Source: Minutocellus sp. GHC0000111
Lineage: Eukaryota
Reading direction: 5' to 3'
Length of the DNA stretch: 64,000 nucleotides
Assembly (NCBI GenBank): GCA_977018835.1
Contig: OZ361256.1
Span: forward strand, 5,580,001-5,644,000
The notes under the pieces were generated by a model. The model was not told the origin of the DNA. It saw only the letters and a program-made list of their open reading frames with translations, and searched no databases. Positions 11,107 to 22,530 of the stretch are shown piece after piece. How positions within the stretch are numbered: position 1 is the stretch's first letter; each line of letters starts with the position of its first letter. Position numbers and translations under genes: made by a program.

Positions 11107-12138
11107 CTAAAATAGGGCAAATAGCCAGTCAGAAGTGGTCCAAATCTCCACCAGAGCTGATTGCACATTCGCAGTCTTTCTTTCGGGGGTTGGTGTAGAA
11201 TTTTTACCACCTCTTCGCCTAAACAGTCCTCTTCTTGCTCGGGCTGCGATGCACGCCTCTTTTTCAACAATAGCATCATCAAGCATCTGAGCTTTTTCTC
11301 TTGCATCGTTATCGGCAAGAGCCTCTCGCTCTTCAGCCTGTGTGCGCCGTTCTTCTTCTTGCATGCAACGCTGAACTTCGGCTGCTAGTTCATTTTGAGC
11401 AGTTTCCAGTTTGTGCGTGACATGTTCTGCCTTCAAGTGCATGTTTTTATTCTCTTCTTTCAAAGTCTCAATAAGTACATTTGCATCGTGCACCGTTTTC
11501 TCCAAAATTGCTTGCTCCGCTTTCGTTTGCTTTAGTGTCTCCTTCGTTTGCATCTCTTCATCTCGAGCCCTGGCAAGTTCTTCGTTGTGCTTTTGCTTCG
11601 CCACGAGTGCTTGCCTTTGTAATTCATCTCTTGCCGCTACCAACGAGGCAATCTCATTTCTCAGCTTCTCTTCCATTGATTTTGTTGCATTTGTCTTCTC
11701 TTCGCATTCAAGGCGTGTCGTGTCCATGTTTCGTTTCATCTCGTCAATTTGTGCATCGAAAATGTCACGTTCATCGTCATTGTCATTGCATGCACAGGTT
11801 CTATGTTTCTCTTTGTCGAGCCCGATGGAAATGCTATTCATGTCTTTCTGAAGGGAGCGCAGCTTTGATTCAGCTGAGAGCCGTGCTGATCTCTCCTCGG
11901 CTGCCAACTGGGACTGGACCGATTGAAAATGTAATCTCTCCTCCTCAATTCTTTGTTCAACTACAGCATCGATCTCGCGCTGTCGTTCGTCGCCGTCATC
12001 ATTGCAGAACATTTCGCTCAACTTTTCCAAGAGTTGGTTGTAGGCATCATTTGCAACTGGAGAAGCTGCCACCCTCGACTGTGTCGACGGAAAAGCTCTA
12101 CATGCACACCACCATAATGTCAAGTAGAGTGCGAGCAT
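11107..12138 (-). CDS. Coiled-coil protein with predicted signal peptide, copy 2
   Basis: Protein appears identical to 7909..8940. Confidence 0.65.
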   Translation of the reverse strand: MLALYLTLWWCACRAFPSTQSRVAASPVANDAYNQLLEKLSEMFCNDDGDERQREIDAVVEQRIEEERLHFQSVQSQLAAEERSARLSAESKLRSLQKDMNSISIGLDKEKHRTCACNDNDDERDIFDAQIDEMKRNMDTTRLECEEKTNATKSMEEKLRNEIASLVAARDELQRQALVAKQKHNEELARARDEEMQTKETLKQTKAEQAILEKTVHDANVLIETLKEENKNMHLKAEHVTHKLETAQNELAAEVQRCMQEEERRTQAEEREALADNDAREKAQMLDDAIVEKEACIAARARRGLFRRRGGKNSTPTPERKTANVQSALVEIWTTSDWLFALF

Positions 12139-13471
12139 CCTTGACTTTCGTGACGAGATGAGTTGACGGCCAGCAGTTGTTTGAATGTCCGTGCTCAATG
12201 GCGGACCGCCATGTCCCCTCCTCCCACTTTGAAGCTTGGAATGCCGCAGAGGAACGATCGAAATGATGCAAAAGAACGCCGCGCCGATTATTCGAGTCTG
12301 CAGTTGGAGGGGCTCTTGTTGGTCTTGGTCAACCGCAGCTTTGATGGCGAAGGAGCCGAGCGCAAACACTGCTCGGAAAACATTGACAACGACATTTTCA
12401 CGTTGGTGCAAAGTGTGGGTGTGGACATTGTTTCCATTTCTTGTGGAGGGATTTGTGCGTGGCTCTTGAGGCATGGTTTGTTGGTGTGATTACCAAGTAG
12501 CATGTGTTGTGCTGGCACAGATTCTTGCTTCCCGGCCTCTCGCACAAGTCACGACGGGCCCTACAATGCGACACCGAGAGGCTGGAATCCAACCAGAGAG
12601 CTGATCCACACTCAAGCTGACATCAATTAAAGCAAGCAATAAAGCTGCATGGAATGTGAAGGGCTGCTTGCAGGCGCGGCAAGAAGCACCGGTCGGCAGA
12701 GAGCGGAAATGTGGCACCTGGCTGTCTGCCTGACTGTTTTTGGTGAAGTTTCGTGGAGGAGAGATCAAGAGGCTCGAGGTGTAACCCGGACGAGAACGTT
12801 CGCACGACGGCCGCGAGGCCGAGCGAGCGCGAGCGAGAGGGCTAGCTACGGTAGCTAGCTAGGGTTCGCCTCAGCCTGCCTTCCGGCCGTCTGCATTGAT
12901 GTCTGTGATCATCGCATCGCCATTGGCCCAAACCAGGCAGCTCATGATGCTGTGCTTGTTTCCGCACAATGCATGCAAGTGCCGCTCGACGTCTCAGACA
13001 CTGCGGTGCGGCTGTCGCCGAACAAACAACTCCTCGCAACAAACAATTGCTGGCTGTCCAATCTCAAGAGAGCAAGGTTCATCATGCATGTGGGGCCTGT
13101 TCAAAGTGCACAGCCAGGCTCGGGACGGGAATGAGTGTCCTGAGCAGCTCGTCGCCACGGGGACTCCACACGATAAAACGGGACGGAATCGCCCGATCTC
13201 CTCGCGGTTATCCGGCAGTGCTTCACTTCGTCATCACAGGTGTGGTCAATTGCTTTTTTGAGTAAGTCAAAAAAGGATATTTACTGTATACTGAGATTCT
13301 ATAGAGTAAGATCATTATTCTTTATTTGAAGGATAGAGGAGAAGACGACCTCTCGGTTGGGATTGCGCACAAAAATTTCCCAGGGCAAACTTCTCCTTGC
13401 TTCAAAACTCGCTCGCTCGAGTGAGGCCGGCAGTCCAACGGTCCACGCCCGTGCTGACAACACCACGAGTA

Positions 13472-14302
13472 TCAGTATCCGGCACCACCCGTCTCGTCTG
13501 TACTGCCGGTACTCTCCTTCCAAACAGACGGAAACCAATACAATTCATTGCCCTGGTGCACGTCCAACCATGCCATGCCTTTGCTGAGCAGTAGGTCCAG
13601 CGCACGCTTCGCTCGCTCCTCGGTCCAGCCTGTCGTGTTTCGTACTTCATCCATGTCCACGGTCCCTCGGGGACGGGAAGACAAAGTGCCGTCACAATTC
13701 TGGGCAATCTCCATTACCTCCATATGGTCCGAGTCCAGCTCGGTCGGAACGCTCACAATCATGATGGTCTTGCCCACCTTGACGCAACGGAATCCCGAAC
13801 CCAGTTTCGACAGCTTCCCGATGGCAACTATTATGTCCTCTTCGCTGTATTTGCACTTGTCTTTCTTGCTCGATGTTGAGGAGATGTGAAACCTGGTCCC
13901 ACGCTTCATCAGGACGTCCCGTACCTCCGATACCGAGATGATACCACCATTCCGACTTCGGCTTGCCATACAAACCTCGGCCGCCTTGACGCTCAATTCG
14001 TAATAAAAGTCGCCGATACCCAGAACTGAGCCCCAGAACCCCTTTTCGGATGACAGGGGATCTACACCGATCGGGGCACACATTTCCAGGAAACGAGCGC
14101 GGAACGCCGGGTCGTTCTGCATCTCCTTCTTATGCTTCTTGGCAAATTCCGTGAGCTTGACTTCCAACTTTTGGACGGTCTCCACGGCACTCGCGATGCT
14201 CACCGTGCGGAGCTCCTCGGCCTTCTTGGAGTACCCCGCATTTGTTCGTGGACCTGCCTGCCTTACTCGGCCGACGCCGACGCGTCCTCTTCGGTGTGCC
14301 AT
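13472..14302 (-). CDS. SNF8: ESCRT-II subunit SNF8/VPS22 (EAP30)
   Basis: MAHRRGRVGVG start, 'FRARFLEMCAPIGVDPLSSEKGFW..LGIGDFYYEL', 'SVPTEL..DH', 'YWFPS'. Confidence 0.95.
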   Translation of the reverse strand: MAHRRGRVGVGRVRQAGPRTNAGYSKKAEELRTVSIASAVETVQKLEVKLTEFAKKHKKEMQNDPAFRARFLEMCAPIGVDPLSSEKGFWGSVLGIGDFYYELSVKAAEVCMASRSRNGGIISVSEVRDVLMKRGTRFHISSTSSKKDKCKYSEEDIIVAIGKLSKLGSGFRCVKVGKTIMIVSVPTELDSDHMEVMEIAQNCDGTLSSRPRGTVDMDEVRNTTGWTEERAKRALDLLLSKGMAWLDVHQGNELYWFPSVWKESTGSTDETGGAGY

Positions 14303-14671
14303 CGTGCCGTGAGATGGTTCTTTTATTGTGGAGGAGCGGTCGCTGTGAACGCATGTTGTGAGCACAAGTAAGTGATGGCGTGATGAGCAAGTAAAAGTCA
14401 CACTGAATACGGTCAACGTAGGCTACGTACGTATCGCAGCCGAGGCCCATCGCGATAGTCACGCACCCCGACCACCACAGATAGGCCTACCATCATACCA
14501 CAGCGTGCTGCCGCCGTCTATCCCACAACTACTTGTTACTGTCTGCTGCGCACTTGCCCTTTCATTCGGCCGTCCTTTTATTTTCAGCTTTGCAGCTTCG
14601 TTTACGTTCATAACCTCGAAGGAGGCCAACATCTTTCAACCAAGCACGTAGCACACATTCGAACAGATACG

Positions 14672-14980
14672 ATGATAATCAACGCCACCACAGTCACAAT
14701 CGGAATTATTATAATAGCAGTGGCGTTCTACGCCGGCTTGAATGTGATCCGGCACTTTGCCCTAACAATTGCACAGGAGAACCACGATGCAAACTTGGAG
14801 GAAGACCAGCGCGAGGAGATGAAGAGGATGAAGCGTGAACGGGACGCGGATGCCGCCGCAACAGCTGCCTTCGCCAAGGTGGAGCCCATGCTCGCAACAG
14901 CACAGATGAAGGCACCCTCTTCGTCGGCACCGTCATCTGGTCAGTTGGAGATAGAACCAGCACCGTCGAGCGAGGTGTGA
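14672..14980 (+). CDS. Small single-pass membrane protein, function unknown
   Basis: ATG-initiated 102-aa ORF with an N-terminal hydrophobic helix and charged segment; divergent from SNF8. Confidence 0.6.
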   Translation: MIINATTVTIGIIIIAVAFYAGLNVIRHFALTIAQENHDANLEEDQREEMKRMKRERDADAAATAAFAKVEPMLATAQMKAPSSSAPSSGQLEIEPAPSSEV

Positions 14981-15447
14981 TGTATATGTATGTGCTACAA
15001 GTCGAGTATGACGAACAATGTCGGCAAAGAAGCACGAATTCCCACACACCAAGCGGATGTGATATCGTGACCAGAGGTCATTCCATTTGTATTTTACTTG
15101 GACTTGGTTTTTGTTACATTATCGGGGACCCTGGCAATTAATATTCGCTGAATTGGTGAAGAAATAAGCGGAATAATCAATAAATTAAGGTACATGAATT
15201 TTTTACAAAACTAACTTCCGTGGTTATCTCACTCGAGCTGACGAAAGATGCCGCAAGATACGTTACCACACTTGTTATCCGTTTGTTCATGATCCTGTAT
15301 CTCTATTCTATCATTTCCCTAGGCTATCAAAATCAGATGTATGGAGTGTAATGTTCGGAGATGTGATGGCGTGTAGGCTATATCAGCACACGCGTGGCGC
15401 CCTCGCAGACCAGGCTGTGTCTATCTCTGCAGCATCCCGTGCCAATA

Positions 15448-16038
15448 CTATCTCTTCGCACCCTTTGATGGTGGAATCTGCGCACACCGTCGCTCAAACG
15501 CAGCAACCTGCTTCCCAGCAACTTCTTCCAAAACTTTGTCCAGCGTACCGACAATGAGAGGGTTGCTGGCCTTGATCTCCACCTCAAATTCAACATCGCA
15601 GTATTCCTGCTCGGCCTCGCTTCCATCAATATCACTGTTCAAATTGCTTGATGTTATATCGCTCAAGGCACTTCTCCCTCGAGATAATTCTTTTTTTCGT
15701 GCTTGGGATGCAGAGACCGATCGCAACTTCCACCGGCTCTTCAAAGAATCAAACAGGGACGAACGAATGCTCCGTGCCTCGACCGTCATTGCCTCCTTGT
15801 CGACCTTGACCCTCGACACATATTCCTCGCTGAGAAGAGGCGGCAAACCAACGGTCAGAGTGGCATCGAACATGGTTCCACAATTCGACCGACGGAGGAT
15901 TCGGGAGTGCGTACATTGCGGCAGAAATTGCGAGTACGAGTCAACATCCGATATTATGTTGAGGAGGTGCATTGGACTGGTCCGGAGGACGCGCTTCTCC
16001 ACGTAGGAAACTGGCTTGGCCTTTGCGGCACCGGACAA
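15448..16038 (-). CDS. COQ10: Coenzyme Q-binding protein COQ10 (START/polyketide-cyclase fold); 5' exon not resolved
   Basis: 'IISDVDSYSQFLPQC..S', 'ATLTVG....EEYVSRV', 'LFDSLKSRW', 'AFERRC'. Confidence 0.85.
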   Translation of the reverse strand: MSGAAKAKPVSYVEKRVLRTSPMHLLNIISDVDSYSQFLPQCTHSRILRRSNCGTMFDATLTVGLPPLLSEEYVSRVKVDKEAMTVEARSIRSSLFDSLKSRWKLRSVSASQARKKELSRGRSALSDITSSNLNSDIDGSEAEQEYCDVEFEVEIKASNPLIVGTLDKVLEEVAGKQVAAFERRCAQIPPSKGAKR

Positions 16039-16426
16039 AAGGGCGCGGCTCGATGTGACTAGTCTGTCTAGAGAGGAGAAAAGCTTTGGTGCTGAGTTGC
16101 TGAGTTATGTTTGACTGTACAACATGCAACAACGGACGAAATGACGAAAAAATCGAATGAAGTGGTGGTTGCTGCTGGTTGGTGGTTTTGGCGCATTACG
16201 ATGCGATTTCGGTCGGTACCAATCTCCCGGTTATTGGTGCATGGTCCCATCGGCATCATCGAACAAAAACAACATTCACAACGAACGAGGCCAACTCAGC
16301 TCATCATGGGTGTGTGTCCTAAATAAGTTCTTACAGGGTATTTAGCATCTAAGGGTATGGCAGATCTCTTTAGCTAGAGAGATCTACTGGAAAAGCATGT
16401 GTCGGCACGGATCATCATTCAATAAT

Positions 16427-19400
16427 TCATTCCAAGGTGAACTGAGTAAAATCGACATCGGACGAGGACCGCGAACGCGTTCTGCTGGAAGATCTAGATC
16501 TACTTTGGGTATTGCCAGCGTTTCCAATATCTCCATCCTTCCGAGCCGCCGGTTTAAGGTCGCCGTCAGCTCCATCTTCATTTTCTTCTATATCGCATTC
16601 TTCCATGTCGCAACTGTTATCGTCGTCGCTACATGCATCGCAACAATCGTCTGCGGACTTACTAGCTTCTTGTTCGAACCATCCGCGCCCTACAAATTGC
16701 AGAATGCTGCGGAATATGTCGTAAACATAAATTCCTTCTCCCATCTGCTCTAGCCGTCTTCCTACTCGAAGGATCTCCACAATGGCCTTTCGATCATTTG
16801 GGTGGAAAAGGGCATGTCGCTCTGGGCACCAATTGCCCTCAGCTTCTTGAATCAGAGCTAAGCATTGATTGATTGATTCCTGAGTGACACAATTCCAAGG
16901 CTTGGAGGATTGTACGGGGCGAGGAGGAAGCATCGATCGGAGGACAGGTGAAGAAACAGGAGTTACAACTGCTACCTCGCTCGGAGAAGGGGCCGACGCT
17001 GGCGTACTTGGGCTGCTGCTCATCGCTCCCGGTAGCCGTGGTGGGCTTGATGGTGACGATGGAGGGCCGGCGGCGAGAATACGTTGTGGGGGTGCAACAG
17101 CGATATTGGCCGATTCTCCTCTGGTATCAATTACAGCCCCACCGTGTAAGAGCTCTCTCAAGACATCACTACTGCTTCTCTGAACGGCGATGTGGATGGG
17201 AAATTTCTCGTTGAAGTCTGGCATCCTTAGCAAGATCGATGGACTTCCATTCGACACACGCCGCTCATGTTCCAGTAAGATCCGAGCGGCTCTGTGAGCA
17301 TTGTAATGCGAGCAGTAATGAAGTGGCGTGTAGCTGCAGAGCGATCGAAAGCAGACAGAAAAGACGATAAAAGAATAAAATGATAAGTTGAAATAGGTTT
17401 GGCAACGAAACCATGACGAAAGATTTTCATTTCTTACCCGCTAAATCGGCTCGGATTGGGCTGTTGTTGCTGTTCATTGTTGCTGGCAGCGGCGGCGGTA
17501 CCGTGAGCACATCTGACAGCGGGGTCAGCTCCAGCCTCCAAGAGAAGCTTAGCAGCTCCTGGCGCATCTTCCTGTGCCGCAAAGCAGAGGGGGGTCGCTC
17601 CTGAGTTGGCTCTTGCATCAACATCGGCCCCGGCCTTGACGAGTAGATCAACGCAGTCCGAGGCATCGGAATAGGCAGCGTCGTGAAGAGGAGTCCAGCC
17701 AGAGGGTTCGGCGCTTGCATTTGGGTTGGCATTGTGCTCGAGAAGTACAGAGGCGCATGTAGCGTTGTTCTTGAAGCTGGCCCAGTGCAACGGACCGTTG
17801 CCGTGACCGTCAGCATCTCTTCTTGGGTGGTGCCAGGTGGCAAAGCTTGGGTGCGGGAAGGCAAGCACATCCATTGAAGAGCGGATACCGGTGAAAGAGG
17901 GAGCGTGGCCGAGGAGTGGCGAGAAGGATATGAGGCCAGATTTGGTGACATTGGGAACACCGGCGCGAGACATGAGCAATCTACCCGCGGCAAGATCGGT
18001 GATGAGGCCGTCCTTGATTTGCTCGCCCAAATCAGAGATGAGCCTGAGAGTGTCGACGAACGACATTCTCTGTGGCTTCGTTGGGGTTCTACTCGACCTC
18101 GCTGGCGAACTTTTCGTCAGAGGTGGAGCCGACGGTGCGGTACTAGCACTACCTTGATTATACCACGTAGGAAACCTACCAATCCCTGGGCTTTGTGTGT
18201 TGTGGTCTGCCCTCGGTGGTAGGAACAATGATCGAGGGCCACTCGAGAGGCCCTCCTGCTGCTCACGTCTCTGTTGCTGGCGTTGGTGCAAATGCTGCAG
18301 TAGGCTGCTACTTGCACTAGGTGTGCTGCCGCTGGCAGTCGGAGTAGTTGCAGGCATACCATGTGCTCCTACACGGGCCCGGCTGATCCGCGCCCTCATC
18401 CGGGCATCGCTCATAGCCCTGTACATATCTGCAAATTCCAATAGCAGACGTAGGCATTCGGGGGAGCCAGCCGAGGCAGCCTCGTGGACTACCAGCCGAC
18501 GAAAGGCGGTGTGTCGCGTTAGGACGTCGCCCCCGAGAACCAATAGGATAGCAAGTGCAAAGGGCGAATCAATAGCGCATGCCAGGTGGAGGATAGTACC
18601 GGCGCCTCCACCTTGATCTCCTCCTCCCAAGTGTGCGTGAGGCTGGGGGTTCTGCCCCTCCTGAGCTTGCTGCTGAGCACCTTGGGCTTCCGCCTGGGCC
18701 TGTTGAGCGGCAACCGCAGCGGCATCTCCTGCATTTCCAGGCGTGGCATTTGCAACTGACCCATCGAATAGGGGCGGGCCTCTACGAACGCGCCTAGTAG
18801 GAGCAGGGGCGCTTTCCTCTTCTTCCTCTTCGTCTGAGTCATCGGCCAGGTCGTCGTCGTTGTCCTCCTCCTCTTCCTCGCTTAGATATTCCTCACTGCA
18901 ACAGCTTGCAAACGAAGCGGACGCAGAATGCTCGTCGCCACTGCTCAACTTGGCAGTTCCATCGTTGGCGTCCTCGTAGTCGTCGGTGGAGTACGACGCG
19001 GCCGAAGAGGCATACTGCATCTGCCGGCGAAGCTCCTGGGCCTCGCGCAAGCGCAGACGTCGGATCCGCTCCCTCTCGCGATTGTCCAGTCTGGCCTCAT
19101 TGTCCCTCCGCGATACCGAGAAGGTCGGCGGGGGACGGGCGTTGGTTACCATCGCCGCAGCCTCCGAAAGGACGCGGGCGAAGGGATCCTCCGACAGAAA
19201 CGCAGGCGGTGGGGGTGGCGGCGGTGGAGGCTTCGTCTGTCCCCCCTCATCGTCATCAAGATACGGCTGCTGACCGTGATGCGCATCGTCGCCGCACATG
19301 CTCTGGATGAAATCTTCAACTTCGGTGCTATCTTCTACATATTCACCGCTGGTCTCGTCGCCAAACTGTTTGGTCAATAGTTCCGATCGTGGTGACGTTG

Positions 19401-20170
19401 ACTGCCTCTTCTTCTTTCTAGCCGGCAGGTGATGGTGACTGAGGCTATTGCTGTTGCTGTTCGAAATGATGTCTTTTTCGCCGTGATCCAAACCACCCTC
19501 ATTTTCAAGTAGATCTTCGTCGTCACTTTCGGGAGGGCTGATGATATCGTTCAAATCACGTAGGAGCAGACCCAGTCTCACCGACGCCTCGCCGCTGACG
19601 TCTACACGCTTGGCTGCAAAGGATGCAGCCGAGGCAGAAGCCGAAGACGAACCCGCTTCTTGTTCCGCTTCTTGCTGGTCACTTTCATCGATCTTTTCTT
19701 CGGCTTTGGAAAAAGAAAAAGGAAAAGTCGGCGCATCATCATGTGTTGCAGAACGCAAATGTGAGATACGAGAGGTTTGTGGAGGAACTAATCTCGAAAT
19801 GCACTGCAGAATCCAACCACAACCCTTGGATCTCCTCGCTAATCGATGGATTCGATTCAAAACTTCCCTCGTCTGAACGGGCAACAGAGATGTCACGAAC
19901 ATTGCCAAATAACCAGCCACGAAGATAATGGTATATACCGAAACGTCACATCGAAACCGAGAATTTCAAGCTCCCACGCTCACCTTCGGAAGAAGCATCG
20001 TGGTGATGATGCCGATTACAACGCCGGAAGGCCGCGTACGAGACGGCCGAATCGCGCGCCGCCGCGGCGTACAGGCGGACCATGCCGTCGAAGTCATCGC
20101 GGATGACGCAGTCGAACAGCGTCGGTGGTTCCGGTGGCGCCGTGGGAGGGGTTGGGTCCTCGTCGGCCAT
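16427..20170 (-). CDS. Large ankyrin-repeat protein; introns about 19704-19983 and 17334-17437
   Basis: Multiple ANK repeats (GPLHWA, TPLHDAA, TPLCFAA, TPLHYC, PIHIAV). GT-AG introns restore frame; ATG at 20170 (MADEDP). Confidence 0.85.
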
Positions 20171-20446
20171 CGTGGGAAAAAGGTTTGTGACGACTTGACT
20201 GCGATGGGTTTTTTGGATCGCAGGGTGTCTCCTATGGTTTTGATTCGGGTAATTTTGAGTCGGGGCAAATCCGAGAAGGCCGAATGAATCATCACGCACG
20301 TCAAGATTGATGGATGCGAACCTTACGGCTCCGAGAGAATACACAGAGCCATGGGCAATAAGATTACTCCATCGAAACAAGTCAATATTGTTGGTTCGAA
20401 ATAGTAGATACACGCTTCTAACCCGACTGTCAATAAGAACTAAACT

Positions 20447-21001
20447 ATGCCAACACAAGTTGATACTCTTCCTCCATCTGGCTCTGCCTCTGCTTCCACA
20501 GAAGAGTCGAAAGCAAAAGGCGATGACAACATCTGTTGTGAACGATTCAATCCCGCCACTTTCGATGAAAAGGAGATCATCTGGGACCACAAACCTTTTG
20601 TTGTAGAGAAGGCCCGATGCATCCTTTATGTCCCCGTCAACTTTGGTGCCGCTGTCACCCGAGCCGTCACGGCCATCGAGGCAGCAAACGCCAAGCCATC
20701 TGGGACCGACTTTGTCACGCTGAGCACTATGAAATCGCCTTGGACCACGACGATATATGTGGCAACCGAAAAGGATACAGTTCCAGGAGCCGAGACAAAT
20801 CATTTGACTGGGCGATATTTGACTAGAGTATTTGAGGGGCCATACTCCAATTGTGGAAAGTTTGTAAAAGAGATGGAGAAATATCTCGACGAGAAGGGAG
20901 TTGGAAAAGCAAAGGAGCTGCTGTTCTATTACACCACCTGTCCCGGATGCGCGAAGAAATACGGGAAGTGTTATTCTGTCATCTTTGCCAAAATGGAATG
21001 A
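20447..21001 (+). CDS. Prokaryote-like small protein, probable GyrI-like effector-binding fold with C-terminal YYTTCPxCAK motif
   Basis: 'CCERFNP..FDEKEIIW..KPF', 'VFEGPY', 'FYYTTCPGCAKKYGKCY' resemble, from memory, a bacterial/archaeal family; intronless. Confidence 0.7.
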   Translation: MPTQVDTLPPSGSASASTEESKAKGDDNICCERFNPATFDEKEIIWDHKPFVVEKARCILYVPVNFGAAVTRAVTAIEAANAKPSGTDFVTLSTMKSPWTTTIYVATEKDTVPGAETNHLTGRYLTRVFEGPYSNCGKFVKEMEKYLDEKGVGKAKELLFYYTTCPGCAKKYGKCYSVIFAKME

Positions 21002-21235
21002 TTTGAGATACGGTGTGTCGATTGCCTCGAATAATTGATCACGAGTTTGTGACTGGAAATGTAATAATACAAAACATGTAATGTAAGCGATAGTTCTGCA
21101 CAAAATGTGGTCAAACGCTTAGAATTGGTGGAACTAAGGGGCGGCGCAAGTATTAGTTTATGGTTGCCGTCTCGGACTGTGCCATGTCGGTGGCCTCGAA
21201 CCATGCTCCATGCTACAAGTCACATCTATTTCTAT

Positions 21236-21572
21236 CTAAGCAAGCCCGTTGTGGCGAAGGAGAGCCTCGGGAGAAGGGTCGCGGCCACGGAACATCCGGA
21301 ACACCTCACTGGGAGCAATGCCACTACCAAGGGAGAGGACAGTATCCCTGAAGAGCTTGCCAACTCTCTTCACCTCCTCTTCATTGTCGAGACCAACCTC
21401 CTCAAATGCACCAAAGCGCATCGGCACTCATTACCTCGGCCCATTTGTATGAGTAGTACCCAGCGGCATAACCTCAAGCAAAGATGTGAGAAAATGCGCA
21501 AAGGAAGCGGTCCTCTGGGAGCGGCATACATGTATTGTATGGAGAATACTTCTCGGCAACCCGTCGCTGAAC
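21236..21572 (-). pseudogene. Oligopeptidase A (peptidase M3) last-exon remnant
   Basis: Reads [37 protein letters not shown]...FRGRDPSPEALLRH, with an in-frame TGA, a frameshift and a TACATGTA insert. Confidence 0.9.
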
Positions 21573-21609
21573 CTGCATACTTTGCAATGCAATCAAACTT
21601 TTCTCGCCG

Positions 21610-22290
21610 CTACCTCTTCACGGTCAGCTTCTGCATCTCGGCAACGCTCTCGTTCACTCTGTCTTGTACATGACGCAGATCCAGCAAATATTTCATCCGC
21701 AGAGCCATGAGAATCCCATCCATATTGGCATCGTCGGTTGAAAACCCAAGTGGAAAGCTATCCTTGTCAATGATAATATTATTCAAATCTGGTTTTGTAT
21801 CTGCTTCCTTCTCAGCTTGTGACGATGACTTGTCACCATTATCGTCAATCGGCCTTTGGTCCACATACAACTCCGATATTGCGCTGGAAACAACCCAGAA
21901 TACAATCTTGCCCCTTGTTTGCGGGTTCGTTCTCCAGTATGTCTCATTATCTTCTTCGCATCCACTGCCGTCCCTCGTCCGATACTCGGTGGGGCAGTCC
22001 AAATCGGTGAGATATCTCTCAAAGGCATCGTCAAAATTATTCCCCAACGCCTTGCGATCCTCAACAGTCCACTGACGGATGGCATTATTCTCCAACCAAA
22101 GGACCAATTGTTGCAGTTGGCGGTCGCCCTCATCTGAATTTGTCATAATTTGAGACATAGAGAGTCCGGTTGGTGGTTGAACAGAGGAAGGGTCGATGCA
22201 GCAACATCCTGCGATTGATCGAAGGGATCGATCGAGCCAGGAATCCATTAGAGCTGAAATGTCGTTTATTCTATCAATTCGGTTTGACAT
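21610..22290 (-). CDS. RTRAF: RTRAF/C14orf166 (CLE) homologue
   Basis: 'LVLWLEN..IRQW.VEDR..L', 'YL.DL.CP', 'FPLGF', 'LR..YL.DLR..Q..VNE...MQ.LT'; ATG at 22290. Confidence 0.8.
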   Translation of the reverse strand: MSNRIDRINDISALMDSWLDRSLRSIAGCCCIDPSSVQPPTGLSMSQIMTNSDEGDRQLQQLVLWLENNAIRQWTVEDRKALGNNFDDAFERYLTDLDCPTEYRTRDGSGCEEDNETYWRTNPQTRGKIVFWVVSSAISELYVDQRPIDDNGDKSSSQAEKEADTKPDLNNIIIDKDSFPLGFSTDDANMDGILMALRMKYLLDLRHVQDRVNESVAEMQKLTVKR

Positions 22291-22345
22291 TTTGGTAGGG
22301 TTATCCGCAGATTCCTCTTGAAGAGAACCGAGGGTAATAGCAGGC

Positions 22346-22438
22346 CCAGCCACCCAGCCACCCAGCCACCCACCCTCGATCGAGACTTGTGGCGGGCAGT
22401 CGTGGCGGGCGCCCGGGGGCGCCCGGGGGCGCGCGGGA
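22346..22438. repeat. Short tandem repeats (CAGCCACC x3; GGGCGCCCGGG-like units) with G-quadruplex potential in a divergent promoter
   Basis: Read directly from the sequence between the starts at 22290 and 22531. Confidence 0.7.
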
Positions 22439-22530
22439 GCTTTTGAGCTTCCGGGTCCCCCTGACGCACAAAGCAGCCACCACTCAATTGTAGCCATCCA
22501 ACCAAAGCTCCCCAGCTCCCCATTCCTTGC

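Larger units (their letters stand above)
6692..13691. repeat. Tandem segmental duplication A-B-A-B-A, period about 3.2 kb
   Basis: A (~600 bp) at 6692-7290, 9894-10491, 13092-13691; B (~2.6 kb) at 7291-9893, 10492-13091. Sequence and ORF tracks are near-identical. Confidence 0.97.

Noticed and set aside
13340..13471. snRNA suggested by an Sm-like AATTTTTG on the minus strand
   Set aside because: No U1/U2/U4/U5 signature sequences; it lies directly in the SNF8 3' UTR.
19946..21103. 385-aa minus-strand ORF and similar long overlapping ORFs
   Set aside because: Mostly an antisense shadow of 20447..21001; only its last part is exon 1 of the ankyrin gene.
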